A stretch of 63,650 bases of DNA, counting the filler, from Octopus bimaculoides (Eukaryota): NCBI RefSeq assembly GCF_001194135.2. It is 5 parts of 4 records of this genome, joined end to end, with 100 filler letters (N's around TTAATTAATTAA, not from the genome) between each part and the next. Parts side by side here need not be neighbours in the genome. Positions count along the whole stretch, not along the records: positions 1 to 18,963 come from NC_068992.1; positions 19,064 to 44,403 come from NC_068985.1; 3 more parts are not named here. The stretch is one strand, 5' to 3'. A program made the position numbers and the translations under genes. This document shows positions 13,701 through 27,521 of this stretch, piece by piece. The notes under the pieces were generated by a model that saw only the letters and a program-made list of their open reading frames with translations, searched no databases and was not told where the DNA came from. Position 1 is the stretch's first letter, and each line of letters begins with the position of its first letter.

Positions 13701-13891
13701 GTTTAACAACAGAAGAAGTGATAGACAGAACATATGCGATGTTTGAAATATGTCCTCCACAAAGTTTAAATATTATTCTGTGCATGTCTTAATTGTGAAA
13801 TTGCTATATAGCCCTGTATTACATCTGTGCTTTGTATATTAATGAGTCTACACGTGCGTGCGCGTGTGTGCGTGCGTGTGTCTGTCTCTGA

Positions 13892-13930
<39 letters not shown>

Positions 13931-14163
13931 TGCTGGGTTATGTGTAGGGTGTTATTTTTTCTTGTTGAAAATATGTATAAATGAATGTGTGCATATGTAT
14001 ACACGTGTGTATGCACATATACGCATATACGCATATATATATATACGCATTTATGCAAATATATATATATATATATATATACAAATGCATGTGTATGTAT
14101 CTACACATCCACATATGCGTGTCTTCATATATGTATTTAAATATTAGTATATACGCATATATC

Positions 14164-14207
<44 letters not shown>

Positions 14208-14419
14208 TATTATATATATATATATATACGCATACAAGTATGCATCCATACATTCATGTATTGGAGAGTACGTACACGAGGCTATACACGTATTTGTGTG
14301 TGTGTGTGTGTGCGCGCGTATAATAGACATATATACACATACAGAGGATCACATAAGTGCATACATATACACCCATGTGCTTCTGTTTGTGTGAATGTAT
14401 GTGTGTGTATGTCTGTGTA

Positions 14420-14421
14420 AG

Positions 14422-14453
<32 letters not shown>

Positions 14454-14462
14454 TAGACAGAC

Positions 14463-14496
<34 letters not shown>

Positions 14497-14497
14497 G

Positions 14498-14529
<32 letters not shown>

Positions 14530-14530
14530 C

Positions 14531-14565
<35 letters not shown>

Positions 14566-14574
14566 TAGACAGAC

Positions 14575-14625
<51 letters not shown>

Positions 14626-14655
14626 CAGACAGAGAGATAGATAGATAGATAGATA
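14420..14655. repeat. (AGAT)n/(AGAC)n microsatellite
   Basis: Directly visible. Confidence 0.95.
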
Positions 14656-15509
14656 TGAGTGTGTAAGTTAATTTATATGTTCAAATGCATCGGTTTCAGT
14701 TATCCAGTTATATGATTGTGTGTGTGGGGGGTGTATGCGTCAGAGAGAGAGAGAGAGACAGAGAGATGGGGAGAAGGAGANNNNNNNNNNNNNNNNNNNN
14801 NNNNNNNNNNNNNNNNNNNNNNNNNNNNNNNNNNNNNNNNNNNNNNNNNNNNNNNNNNNNNNNNNNNNNNNNNNNNNNNNNNNNNNNNNNNNNNNNNNNN
14901 NNNNNNNNNNNNNNNNNNNNNNNNNNNNNNNNNNNNNNNNNNNNNNNNNNNNNNNNNNNNNNNNNNNNNNNNNNNNNNNNNNNNNNNNNNNNNNNNNNNN
15001 NNNNNNNNNNNNNNNNNNNNNNNNNNNNNNNNNNNNNNNNNNNNNNNNNNNNNNNNNNNNNNNNNNNNNNNNNNNNNNNNNNNNNNNNNNNNNNNNNNNN
15101 NNNNNNNNNNNNNNNNNNNNNNNNNNNNNNNNNNNNNNNNNNNNNNNNNNNNNNNNNNNNNNNNNNNNNNNNNNNNNNNNNNNNNNNNNNNNNNNNNNNN
15201 NNNNNNNNNNNNNNNNNNNNNNNNNNNNNNNNNNNNNNNNNNNNNNNNNNNNNNNNNNNNNNNNNNNNNNNNNNNNNNNNNNNNNNNNNNNNNNNNNNNN
15301 NNNNNNNNNNNNNNNNNNNNNNNNNNNNNNNNNNNNNNNNNNNNNNNNNNNNNNNNNNNNNNNNNNNNNNNNNNNNNNNNNNNNNNNNNNNNNNNNNNNN
15401 NNNNNNNNNNNNNNNNNNNNNNNNNNNNNNNNNNNNNNNNNNNNNNNNNNNNNNNNNNNNNNNNNNNNNNNNNNNNNNNNNNNNNNNNNNNNNNNNNNNN
15501 NNNNNNNNN

Positions 15510-15563
<54 letters not shown>

Positions 15564-15983
15564 AATATTCACAGACATGAAACACACCGAAAAGATTATA
15601 CATACATACATACATATATATATATACATATATATATACGAATATGTTTGTCTTTGTGTTGTGTGTGTATGTGTGTGTGTGTGTACATTAGAATGTGTGT
15701 ATGTGTAAGTATGTCTAAGTTGTACTGTGGTGTACATGATCGTTTGTAAACGTATACCAATAACTGTCTTAATGCGAATGAGCATGCATATAGGCATGTA
15801 TATATGCAAATATATATATACGCACACATCTATATATATACTTATATATATATGGATGTATATATACACATATATATACATAAATATATACACATATATA
15901 TATGTATGCATGTAAATATATAGATGCACATATGTAGATTAATACACACATGTAAATATGTATGTGTGTACATATGGACATAC

Positions 15984-16048
<65 letters not shown>

Positions 16049-16818
16049 NNNNNNNNNNNNNNNNNNNNNNNNNNNNNNNNNNNNNNNNNNNNNNNNNNNN
16101 NNNNNNNNNNNNNNNNNNNNNNNNNNNNNNNNNNNNNNNNNNNNNNNNNNNNNNNNNNNNNNNNNNNNNNNNNNNNNNNNNNNNNNNNNNNNNNNNNNNN
16201 NNNNNNNNNNNNNNNNNNNNNNNNNNNNNNNNNNNNNNNNNNNNNNNNNNNNNNNNNNNNNNNNNNNNNNNNNNNNNNNNNNNNNNNNNNNNNNNNNNNN
16301 NNNNNNNNNNNNNNNNNNNNNNNNNNNNNNNNNNNNNNNNNNNNNNNNNNNNNNNNNNNNNNNNNNNNNNNNNNNNNNNNNNNNNNNNNNNNNNNNNNNN
16401 NNNNNNNNNNNNNNNNNNNNNNNNNNNNNNNNNNNNNNNNNNNNNNNNNNNNNNNNNNNNNNNNNNNNNNNNNNNNNNNNNNNNNNNNNNNNNNNNNNNN
16501 NNNNNNNNNNNNNNNNNNNNNNNNNNNNNNNNNNNNNNNNNNNNNNNNNNNNNNNNNNNNNNNNNNNNNNNNNNNNNNNNNNNNNNNNNNNNNNNNNNNN
16601 NNNNNNNNNNNNNNNNNNNNNNNNNNNNNNNNNNNNNNNNNNNNNNNNNNNNNNNNNNNNNNNNNNNNNNNNNNNNNNNNNNNNNNNATATATATATATA
16701 TATATAACCATATATGTATGTGTGTCTCTTTGTGTATGTGTTCGTGTGTATGTGTTTTCATGTATATATTCTCGAGTGTATATATATACATAAATACATA
16801 CATATATATGTGTATATA

Positions 16819-16871
<53 letters not shown>

Positions 16872-16999
16872 GTATCTATTCATATATAGATATCTATATG
16901 CGTCAATATGTTTATAGATATAAGTATACATTTGCAGGCCTAGATAATATACATGTATGTTATGAATATCCCTCAAACGTTGTTACATGCATGTGTGGA

Positions 17000-17131
17000 G
17001 CGAAACAGATAGAATGATAGATAAATTGATTTATATAAGATAGAGAGATACATATATAGATTATTAGCAGACAGGCTGACTCACAGACAGACAAGCAGAT
17101 AGACAGACAGATATATAGAGAGACAAAAAGG

Positions 17132-17179
<48 letters not shown>

Positions 17180-17266
17180 GATAGATAGACAGATAGATAG
17201 ACAGATAGATAGACAGAGAGAGAGAGAGAGAGTGTGCGTGTGAGAGAGATATGGATATATATACAT

Positions 17267-17303
<37 letters not shown>

Positions 17304-17397
17304 GTAAAGTTATTGACATCGGTTCCGAGCGGATGAGAAAGCGAGAGTGGAAATGACAAGGGAGTGTGATAGAGAGCATGTAAGAGAGAGAGAGAAA

Positions 17398-17492
<95 letters not shown>

Positions 17493-17911
17493 GGAGAGAG
17501 AGAGAGGGAGAGAGAGAGAGAGCGAGAGAATGAAAGGGGGGAGTAAAAGATAAACAGAATGAGTGGGAGGTGAGAGTATGAATGACGCAGAAAATGGGCG
17601 TGGTTAATGAGATTGTCATGTAAGTGTTTGGGTGTGTAACGTTGCTTGTATTTGGCGTTGTGCGTGTGTGTGCGTGCGTGCGTGCGTGCGTGTGTGTTTG
17701 TGTGTGTGTGTGTTTGCGTGTGAGTATTTCGTATTCAGTTTTAATTGTATATATTGTTGCGATAGATAGAGAGAGAGAGAGAAAGAAAGGGAGAGAGAGA
17801 GAGAGAAAGAAAGGGAGAGAGAGAGAGAGAAAGAAAGGGAGAGAGAGAAAGAAAGGGAGAGAGAGAGAGAGACATGCACAGATAAATAGATAGAGAGCTT
17901 GACTGATTGAG

Positions 17912-17943
<32 letters not shown>

Positions 17944-18682
17944 AGATTGATCGATTGATCGATAAAGAGTTAGTGATAGATAGATAGATAGATATACAGA
18001 TAGATAGATTTACAGCAAGATAGATAGATAACAAGAGAGAGAGAGAGAGAGGGAGAGAGAGAGAAAGAGAGAGAGAGATAAATAGATATATAAATCGATA
18101 GATAGAGAGAGATAGACAGACAGAGAGATAGATTGATGGAAAATGACAAGTTGTTCATGTGTTTACGTATGTGTCTGTATACATGTACTTTCAGGTGTGT
18201 GTGTGTGCGTGTGACTGAGTGTATGTGTATGCATGTGCACGCGTGTGTGTATATGTGTGTGTTGTAATTGAGTCTATTTCAATAAGAGGGGAGGAGTGAA
18301 TTACAACTGGGGAAGGAAGGAGAGAGAGAGAGAGAGAAAGAGAGAGAAAGATAGAGAGAAAGAGAGAGAGATAGAGAAAGGGAGGGAGGGAGAAAGATAA
18401 AGAAATTGCGAAAGGGGGAGAGACAAGTGTTCAAAGTTGACAGAGGAAAGATAGAGAGGGCAAGTGTTCAAGCGAGGGATAGAAGGATAGGCAGAGGTGT
18501 AGGTAGAGAAGTAGATAGTGTGATTGAGAGGGGGGAGAAGACGGAAAGATAGAAAGAAAGATAGAAGGAAAGATAGAGTGGTAAAGAGAGGGCTAATAGG
18601 AGGAATAGAGAAAGAGATAGTTACAATGAAATCCAAGCGAGTGAGAGATAGATATGTGATAGTGAAAGTGAAAGTAGAAATG

Positions 18683-18714
<32 letters not shown>

Positions 18715-18790
18715 CAAGACAAATAGTGAGGAGGCAAACGGAAAGATAGGGACAATGAGAGTGAAGCGTTTGTGTCAATTAATTTAGATA
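17000..18790. repeat. Purine-rich compound microsatellite region: (AG)n, (AGAT)n, (GATT)n, short higher-order units
   Basis: Directly visible; accounts for the SL/ER-repeat ORFs. Confidence 0.9.
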
Positions 18791-18840
18791 ATGTATGTAC
18801 TAATTACGAAAATATTAATTGAAATGCGCCAACACACACG

Positions 18841-18886
<46 letters not shown>

Positions 18887-18963
18887 CGCACACACGCATC
18901 TATGCATCTACAGATATATTTGTAGATACGCAAACATAATCACAAGTGAACTTTGTATATATA

Positions 18964-19063
18964 NNNNNNNNNNNNNNNNNNNNNNNNNNNNNNNNNNNNN
19001 NNNNNNNTTAATTAATTAANNNNNNNNNNNNNNNNNNNNNNNNNNNNNNNNNNNNNNNNNNNN
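18964..19063. other. Artificial 100-bp scaffold join (44N-TTAATTAATTAA-44N)
   Basis: Identical geometry at four places; the 12-mer has stops in all six frames. Confidence 0.9.
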
Positions 19064-19121
19064 TATATATATATATATATACATATATATGTATATATAT
19101 ATATTTATATATCTATCTCGT

Positions 19122-19162
<41 letters not shown>

Positions 19163-19566
19163 TGTGTGTGTGTGTGTGATGTTAGCGCGCGCATATTTGT
19201 ATACGTGTGTGTGTGCTTGTGTTGCGTGTATGTGTGAGTGCGCGCGCTCATTTGTGTATGTGTGTGTGTATACTTACATGCGTAGATACCGCATACATAC
19301 ATGTGTGGGTGTGTATGTCGATAAACAAAATTGAAGACAAGAGACTAGCAAACAAGTATGTAACAAGCATGATAACAGTGAAGAAGAGTGAATGGAGTTA
19401 AAACGAATTAGTGAAAGAATGCAAAATGAAATATAAGATGGGATAAAGCTTGAAGCAAAAGCTATTAAGCATTAGTGAAAGGTAGAAATAAATATTTTCA
19501 TTTTTACTGGTAGTAAGGTAGTCAAAGTTATATAAAAATATAACTTTCTATTTATACATCTGTACA

Positions 19567-20436
19567 TGGTAAGAAACCGGCATCTCTAGCACATGACTCT
19601 GGGTTCAGTGCCACTCCTTGGAACCTTGGGCAAGTGTCTGCTAACATAGCCTCGAGCCGACCAAAGCCTTGTGAGTGGATTTGGTAGACAGAAACTGAAA
19701 GACGCCGGTCGTATATANNNNNNNNNNNNNNNNNNNNNNNNNNNNNNNNNNNNNNNNNNNNNNNNNNNNNNNNNNNNNNNNNNNNNNNNNNNNNNNNNNN
19801 NNNNNNNNNNNNNNNNNNNNNNNNNNNNNNNNNNNNNNNNNNNNNNNNNNNNNNNNNNNNNNNNNNNNNNNNNNNNNNNNNNNNNNNNNNNNNNNNNNNN
19901 NNNNNNNNNNNNNNNNNNNNNNNNNNNNNNNNNNNNNNNNNNNNNNNNNNNNNNNNNNNNNNNNNNNNNNNNNNNNNNNNNNNNNNNNNNNNNNNNNNNN
20001 NNNNNNNNNNNNNNNNNNNNNNNNNNNNNNNNNNNNNNNNNNNNNNNNNNNNNNNNNNNNNNNNNNNNNNNNNNNNNNNNNNNNNNNNNNNNNNNNNNNN
20101 NNNNNNNNNNNNNNNNNNNNNNNNNNNNNNNNNNNNNNNNNNNNNNNNNNNNNNNNNNNNNNNNNNNNNNNNNNNNNNNNNNNNNNNNNNNNNNNNNNNN
20201 NNNNNNNNNNNNNNNNNNNNNNNNNNNNNNNNNNNNNNNNNNNNNNNNNNNNNNNNNNNNNNNNNNNNNNNNNNNNNNNNNNNNNNNNNNNNNNNNNNNN
20301 NNNNNNNNNNNNNNNNNNNNNNNNNNNNNNNNNNNNNNNNNNNNNNNNNNNNNNNNNNNNNNNNNNNNNNNNNNNNNAATGTTGTGCCCCGCCATGGTTG
20401 CAGTCTAATGACTGAAACAAGTAACAGATAAAAGAT
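19567..20436 (+). mobile_element. SINE family A, gap in its internal microsatellite
   Basis: Head gggttcagtgccact...ccttgggcaagtgtct...gaaactgaaag; tail gcagtctaatgactgaaacaagtaa; matches copies at 43531 and 59554. Confidence 0.85.
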
Positions 20437-20442
20437 GAATGT

Positions 20443-20495
<53 letters not shown>

Positions 20496-20949
20496 ATATA
20501 TATATATATATATGCTGGGGTACAAGCTCGAAGAACTTTTTAGTCGATGGAATCGACCTTAGTAATTAATTCTTGTTTCTTTTTCTTTTTTTTAATCAAA
20601 ATAAGCGACAGGATATCAGGTAGTGATGCAGTACGACCGTTTCTAGAGGCTCCATTTAATTGAACAATGCAATCATTATATCAATTTAAATGTAGTGCCA
20701 TCTTCAGCTGCACAAATAAATAAATAGAATATAGGACAAATTAATATACTATTTCTCAAATATTTTAACAGAGCAAGAAGATAGAAGAAATTCATATTGT
20801 CGCTATTGTAGCTAAGAATACACTACACTTCCAAGTATCGCATGAAGCCTATTGGGGTATAGTGCTGTAAGGGATTGTAATTCATTTCTAATTCATTTAT
20901 CTCTTTATCAACTACTAAATCTAAAACTAGAAGACTGTGTCTATTCGGA

Positions 20950-22048
20950 ATAAAGGACAAGAGTGAATTCATAGCTATTGGCTAGGTGTGGTCATAAATA
21001 TTATTATATGTGTCCCTTTTCCTCGGGAAGACATTGGGAGTAGTCAATTGGGTATAAATAGCTGTCTATAAAAAGAGGCTGGGTAGGGGAAGGCTTTAAA
21101 TCATGATGTTAATTACCAGTTAACGAAGCAAGACGCTAAAAAACCTAAGAGGAAATTTTATTTTGGGGCACTATGGGTGATTGTTTATAAACAATTTTGT
21201 TATGTTGAATAAAAATAAAAGTTTAGAGTTTCCAAAAATGATATCATAACCAAAATAGGTAAAAGGTGTGTATATATCAATTATAAACATTAAAAAGGAA
21301 AGATTACATAGAATCAGTTTAATAATCATTTCTGTACTTAATTAATTACTTATTAGGTAGTTTCTAATAAAGATTGCTAAGGGCATTTACTTATGCAATA
21401 ACTGGAAATATAAACATGCTATCTATTAATTTCAAGCCATGAATCAGAAAAAAAGTAAAGATGCATACAGATACATGCACATTCATATATGTGCATATAT
21501 GCATATATACACACACACACACAAATATTTATATGTTTATATGGATATAGTATAACCATCATGCATAGACTAAAGTAACTGAAAAATATCTTTTTAAGAA
21601 CAAGAAAAGTAGCAATTTATAAGGGATAAGAGGCTAATAGGTAAGGATATCAAAATATGAAAACAAAATAATAAAAATTTATAGAAAATAATAGGAAATA
21701 CATATAATCTACATTTAAAAAGACAGAGGATTAAAATTTGAGGTTGGGAAGAGATAAAGATAACCCGAAAAGATGAGTAATAGTGATGGGCGTAGTGAGG
21801 GCAGTTAAAGGTATTCAGACTGAAGCGATTTTATAAGTTGCAATGTTACAGGTGTTATTGTATGTATGATTTCATAGTTTTTGGTGGGTATATAATTTAA
21901 TCGAAAGGAGACTTACATAAAGTCACTACAAATATGCATAATATGATCAGTAGGGTAGAGCATCACAGAAAGGAAAATAGTGTCGTCACCAAAATAGGAT
22001 GAAGTCAGACTAACTAGGCAGGGGTTATCATGGGAATCTCAATTATTC

Positions 22049-22050
<2 letters not shown>
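20950..22050 (-). mobile_element. Old interspersed repeat, possibly an L2-like LINE relic; 21098-21392 recurs at 38236-38535
   Basis: ~300-bp block aligns by eye (roughly 80%) to 38236-38535 in opposite orientation; YFGDDTIFL (RT-like) on the minus strand near 21975. Confidence 0.45.
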
Positions 22051-22080
<30 letters not shown>

Positions 22081-22812
22081 ATACGAATACACACACACAC
22101 ACTCACACACACATACGTACATGCATATGTTTATATATGCATGTCAGATAGATAGATAGAGAGATAGATAGATAGATAGAGACGCGTTCAGGAAATTTTT
22201 CCATTGTTTGAGATGAAATATTGACATCTTTGTCCTGGTTTAAGTCTTATGTTTTATTACTTTCCAAAAATGTCTACCACTGGCCATAACACGTTACAGT
22301 GTGCGGTTTGGTCGAATGTCAAGTTTCAGCGAAAACAATTACATCGGCCTGCGAGCGCAAGAGAAAGCAATTTCATTTGTATAATAAAAAACGTGACAAA
22401 GAATAGGAAAGGTATCAGAAATAACGCAACACATCTTTTAAACGTATGAGAAAGATGATAGCGGCTACTGCTGTTGTGTTATTGTCTTGTAACTGTTACA
22501 TTTTCTGGAGTAGCATGGAATCTTAGACAGTTCTTTATTGTTAAGTGAGCTGGTTTCTTTCTTAATCTATTTGATCATAATTGACTGAATTTTCTGGTAT
22601 CGTACTGATCAATTGCAATTATTTTGTATCACTTTAACCTGCATCCTGTAGTGGGATTTTGGTTCGGAAGTTTTAGAGTTTTGAGGGGTGTGGAATCCAC
22701 TCTTAGCCACTATTTTCCCCAGGTCAACTCTGATCCAGATTACTAGCACCTACAAGGGTAATCTCAGCTAGGGGTTAGTTAGCAAGTCCGCCGGGCAGAC
22801 GGAGCTCTCTGG

Positions 22813-24540
22813 TCATGCTTCAAGAACTCTGCAAAGAATTCTTGCAGTTCCAAGCAATGATAATTTTTGTAGGTGTTCTACCTTCACATTTGCACCAATC
22901 TTTTTTAGCCATGTTGGTAGTTGAGTGCTGATATTTACCAATTACCATTGATATTACGTCCACTCTCCTCATTGACCACAACCTTCGTATTTCCCATTTC
23001 AAATCGTCAAAGTTGTTTATTTTTTCTTCTTCTTTCACATTGATCCTGTTGTGACCGGGGTATGCTATGTCAATTATCACGTATGTCCTTTCTTTTTTTA
23101 TTCACAACAATGTCCGGTTTTCGATGTCTGATCAAGTGATCGCACTGGATCATTGTATCGCTAAGGATTTTGCAATTCTCATTTTTCGTGACTCCTTCTG
23201 AAGTTTGCTTAGATCACGTCTTTGCTCTTTGTAGGCCATGATTTCCACAGAGCTCCCAATGGCTCATTCTTGTCACATTGTTATGTCGTCTTTTGTATTC
23301 GCGTTGTGCCAATTTTGGGCATTCGCTAGCGATGTACTATACCGTTTCATCCCTCTCACTACACATTCTGCGTTTGTTGCTGGCGGTAGTGTTATTGTCT
23401 ATTCTGCACTTCACATGGTTGGTCCGTAACGCTTGTTCTTGAGCTGCGCATATGGATGCTTCTGTCTCTTTCTTCAGGTCACTGCTCCTCATCCATAGCC
23501 ACCGGTCCACCGTATCTGTCTTAGCGTTCATGTCTCTTGCAAACTGATTGTACATTTTTTCTTTCCATGATTTTCCTTTTTTCGTGTTCATTTCTTGTTT
23601 ACATTTTTCCTTCATTACACAATTTTCAGTTTTGATGACGCCGGCCTTCTTCGTATGTTTCAACAATGGCTTCACGGCATTTTTATATACTACCCTGAGT
23701 TGTTTTCCTCTGCTTCGCTATAGTCCTGGCAACTGATCAAAGCTCTCCCACCTTTTCGTCTGGACAAGTACAGCCTTTCAGTGTCACTCTTAGGGTGGAA
23801 GGCTCTATGTACTCTCAATATTTTTCTGGTCATGGTATCCATTTTCATCACTTCTCTTTTTTGACATTTTATAATTCCTGCTCCATACCGAAGGGATGAT
23901 ACAACCCACGTATTAACTGCTTGGATTTTATTCCATTCAAGTTTGAGCGCAACACCAACTTCAGTCTTCGAAAATACTCTATCTTCAGTTGCTCTTTCAT
24001 TTCCGTTTTCATTATCTCGTTGGACCCTAGTACACCAAGGTATTTGTAGCCTTCCGTTTCAATTTGTTTAATCAAGTCTCTATTCGGTAATCCTATCCCT
24101 GCTGGAGACTGTACCTTGCCTCTTTTTATGTAAATTATTCCGCACTTGAGTCCCAATTCCATTCTAATATCAATACTAAAAGAGTGGACCGTGTTCACCA
24201 AGGAATTCACTTCAACCTCATCCTTGCCATGCAGTTTCAAATCATCCATGAAGAGGAGGTGCTTGATTGTTTGGGACTTTCCCTTTAGTTGGTACCTCAG
24301 GTTCATTTTCTTGAGTACCAAGTTCAGGGGTTTCATGCAGAGAACAAAAAGCAACGGAGATAAGCTATCACCCTAGAAAACCCCTTTTTCAGTAACATGT
24401 CAGTTCAGTTTTCCACCTCACCATACTTCTCTTCAGGAAACACGTTACATGCCTCGCAATTCCAAATAGATCTAAGTACTCGATGATCCACAAGCTTTGC
24501 GATAGTCAATCCAGGCCATTCCCAAATGTGTTTTCCTTCA
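22813..24540 (-). pseudogene. Dong/R4-clade non-LTR retrotransposon 3' part (RT, zinc knuckle, restriction-like endonuclease), decayed
   Basis: AWIDYRKA, F*GDSLSPLLFV, HLLFMDDLKL, YKYLG, DLKKETEASICAAQEQALRTN, IIDIAYPG...EEKINNFDDLKWEIRRLW, LLGTARILCRVLEA* (stop at 22813). Confidence 0.85.
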
Positions 24541-24564
24541 TTTACAACCATGCATTAACAAAGA

Positions 24565-24785
24565 GACGAGCTGGCAGAATCGTTAGCGGTATTCGCCTGT
24601 TGCTACGTTCTGAGTTCAAATTCCACCGAGGTCGCCTTTGCCTTTCATCCTTTCGGGGTCGATAAATTAAGTACCAGTAAAATTCTGGGGTCGATGTAAT
24701 CGACTAATCCCCTCCTCCAAAACTTCAGGCCTTCAGCCTATAATAGAAATTATTATTATTATTATTATTAGTAGTAGTAGTAGTG
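24565..24785 (+). mobile_element. SINE family B
   Basis: gacgagctggcagaatcgttagc...gagttcaaattcc...gcctttcatcctttcggggtcgataaattaagtaccag...(att)n tail. Confidence 0.9.
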
Positions 24786-24844
24786 TTGTTGTTGTTGTCA
24801 TTGTTATTGCTTTTGTCGTTGATGTTCTAGCTTTAGGTTTTCAC

Positions 24845-24874
24845 CTACTGTATTGGTTTCCTTTTCTGTTAAGT
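24845..24874 (-). CDS. Possible 30-nt micro-exon (DLTEKETNTV)
   Basis: Acceptor ttcttcacattttag|, donor TAG|GTGAAA; open as phase 1-1; no homology recognised. Confidence 0.25.
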
Positions 24875-25277
24875 CTAAAATGTGAAGAATTCCAACCAAA
24901 CCAGTGAAAAGATTAAAAAAAAAACAGTATAAAATAAACAAAACAATGGAAATCCAAACCAGGAAAACAATCAAATATGAAATAAAATGAAAAATAATAT
25001 TGAACGAGAGACAGATAGAAAGAAAGAGAACTGAATGAACGAATGAATGAAAATCTCAAAATCTAAATACGACGATTTGAAGAATTATAACATCCATTGT
25101 CAATCAATTCATTTATTTTTTTCCATTCTGAGGTGATGAGGTGGGTGGCTATTAATTGTATGTTTCTACAATTTAAAACCTGAAGGTAATTCCATATCAG
25201 CGTCTCCCTATTTCAAAGAATCAGTTTAGAAATATTATTGTTTGTGATATAACAATTGTAATTGTTACTGTTCAATG

Positions 25278-25362
<85 letters not shown>

Positions 25363-25623
25363 TATGCGTGAGTGTATATATATTCAGGTATATATACAAC
25401 TTAAGAACGATATTTTATCGCATTTTCATATCATACTAAATGCATTGTCTCTCTAGCTTTCTTGTTTCTTATTTCCTTTCATATCTTCTTCCGTTCTTTC
25501 TTCCTTACTTTAACAATTAATTTCGTTCACTTCATGTCAATTTTAGGAGATAAAAATAAAAAATAAAAAATAAAATAAAATAAAAAATAAAATGTCTACA
25601 TACACAATAAGCAAACAAAATAC

Positions 25624-25700
<77 letters not shown>

Positions 25701-26299
25701 TGCACGCCTACATATACACAGGCTCAGATTCATAGCCGCTCCTGTACATTCCCACACGTTCGAAATATCATAGCAACAAACCGAAAACTAATTTGGAAGC
25801 TGAAAAATATATTCCATATTATAGAGTATCTTATGTATTTACTATTTAGAATTAACGGTTAGGCGAGGAATTAAAAGGATAAAGCGTAGAAGACAATACA
25901 AAACAACAGACAATTAAGAACAATTTAGAACATAGAAAACATATTAGTCATTCAAATACGCATAAAAAATTGTTAGCTTCACTTAAGCATTTTTTATTTT
26001 GTTTCAAAATGTCTAAGTGAAGTTGAGATTTTGTTTGTTTTTAAATGGTTAATATGTATTTTCTTTGGTGCAATTGTTCTTAATTATCTGTTGTGTCAGT
26101 GACCAGGTCGCAATTGGTGCGATGAAAATTTTAATGCAAAATAATAAATGTTTAAGTGAAGTCAACAGATTTTGTTAGCTTTTGAATGCCTACTAATATG
26201 TACCTTCGTCGCAGTAATTGTTTTACTATCACCGAACGGCCTCAGATCAAATCACTTGCCAATAAAGTACATCCACGAAAAATAATTATGAAATTTCGT

Positions 26300-26523
26300 A
26301 ATAATGATGATGATGATAATAATAATAATGGTTTCAAATGTTGGCACAAGGCTAGCAATTTTGGGGGAAGGGGTAAGTCGATTACATCGGCCTTACTTTA
26401 TCGATACCGAAAGGATGAATGTTAAAGTAAGTCGACCTTGGCATTATTGAACCTAGAACGTAAAGACGGACGAAATACTGCTAAGCATTTTGCCTAGCGT
26501 TCTATCGCTTCTGCCAGCTCGCC
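26300..26523 (-). mobile_element. SINE family B (second tail subtype)
   Basis: Reverse complement of the family B head and body; tail ...gccttgtgccaacatttgaaacc(att)n. Confidence 0.85.
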
Positions 26524-26557
26524 GCTCAAATAATGATGATGATAATAATTATTTGAA

Positions 26558-27310
26558 ATGTTTACCACAAGGGCAGCTGGGTGGAGGTTGGAAAAATATG
26601 TAAAACATTCCATGAATAAGCAACAGACAGTGCTACAGCTCCAGACAAAAGAGGGACTCATAAAAACCAAAGCTATCCACATTATAAGAGGAATATTCCA
26701 GGGAGACACACTCTCTCCACTCTTTTTCTGCTTGGCACTGACACCTTTATCTGATATGCTAAACAGAACTGGATGTGGATACAACTGTTACGGCAAAACA
26801 ATCAGCCATCTCTTATATATGGATGATATAAAACTGTGCGCTACAAATGATAAACAGCTGGAACATTACTACAAACATTACATGGATTTACCAAAGAAAT
26901 GAATACGAAATTTGATTTAGAATAATGTGTCAAAGCAACCTTGAAAAGAGGAAAACTAGTAAATAGTGGCAACATTATACTAGATAAAGCAAATGAAAAG
27001 AGAGAATCAGACCAAAGCCAGACATACAAATACTTAGGAATCAATGAACTAGATACCATACAACAGATACAAATGAAAGAGAAGATGGGAAAAGAATACT
27101 ATAGACGAGTTAGATTAATATTGAAAACTGAGCTCAAAGCGAAAAATAAGATAATAGGTATCAACACTCTAGCCGCCCCAGTTACAAGTTACAGCTACAA
27201 TATTCTTAACTGGACTCTAAATTACCTAATCAGGGAAACAAGCAAAATAATGACTGGATTTAGGATGCACTACCCAAAATCTGACATAGAAATGTTATAC
27301 AGTTCTATAT
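26558..27310 (+). pseudogene. Dong/R4-clade RT fragment (second lineage), frameshifted
   Basis: GIFQGDTLSPLFFCLAL, HLLYMDDIKL, YKYLGI, EYYRRVRLILKTEL in ORFs 26558-26902 and 26941-27321. Confidence 0.9.
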
Positions 27311-27330
27311 GTAAGAGATGAGGAATTATG

Positions 27331-27481
27331 TACATTATTTACATGAGTTACATTTAACGGATATTTGTCATCTTGTTTGTTGTTCACACAACGTTTCGGC
27401 TGATATACCCTCCAGCCTTCACCAGGTGTCTTGGAGAAATTTCGAACCTGGGTCCTCATTCTAAGGTATTTTTTGATGTTG

Positions 27482-27521
<40 letters not shown>

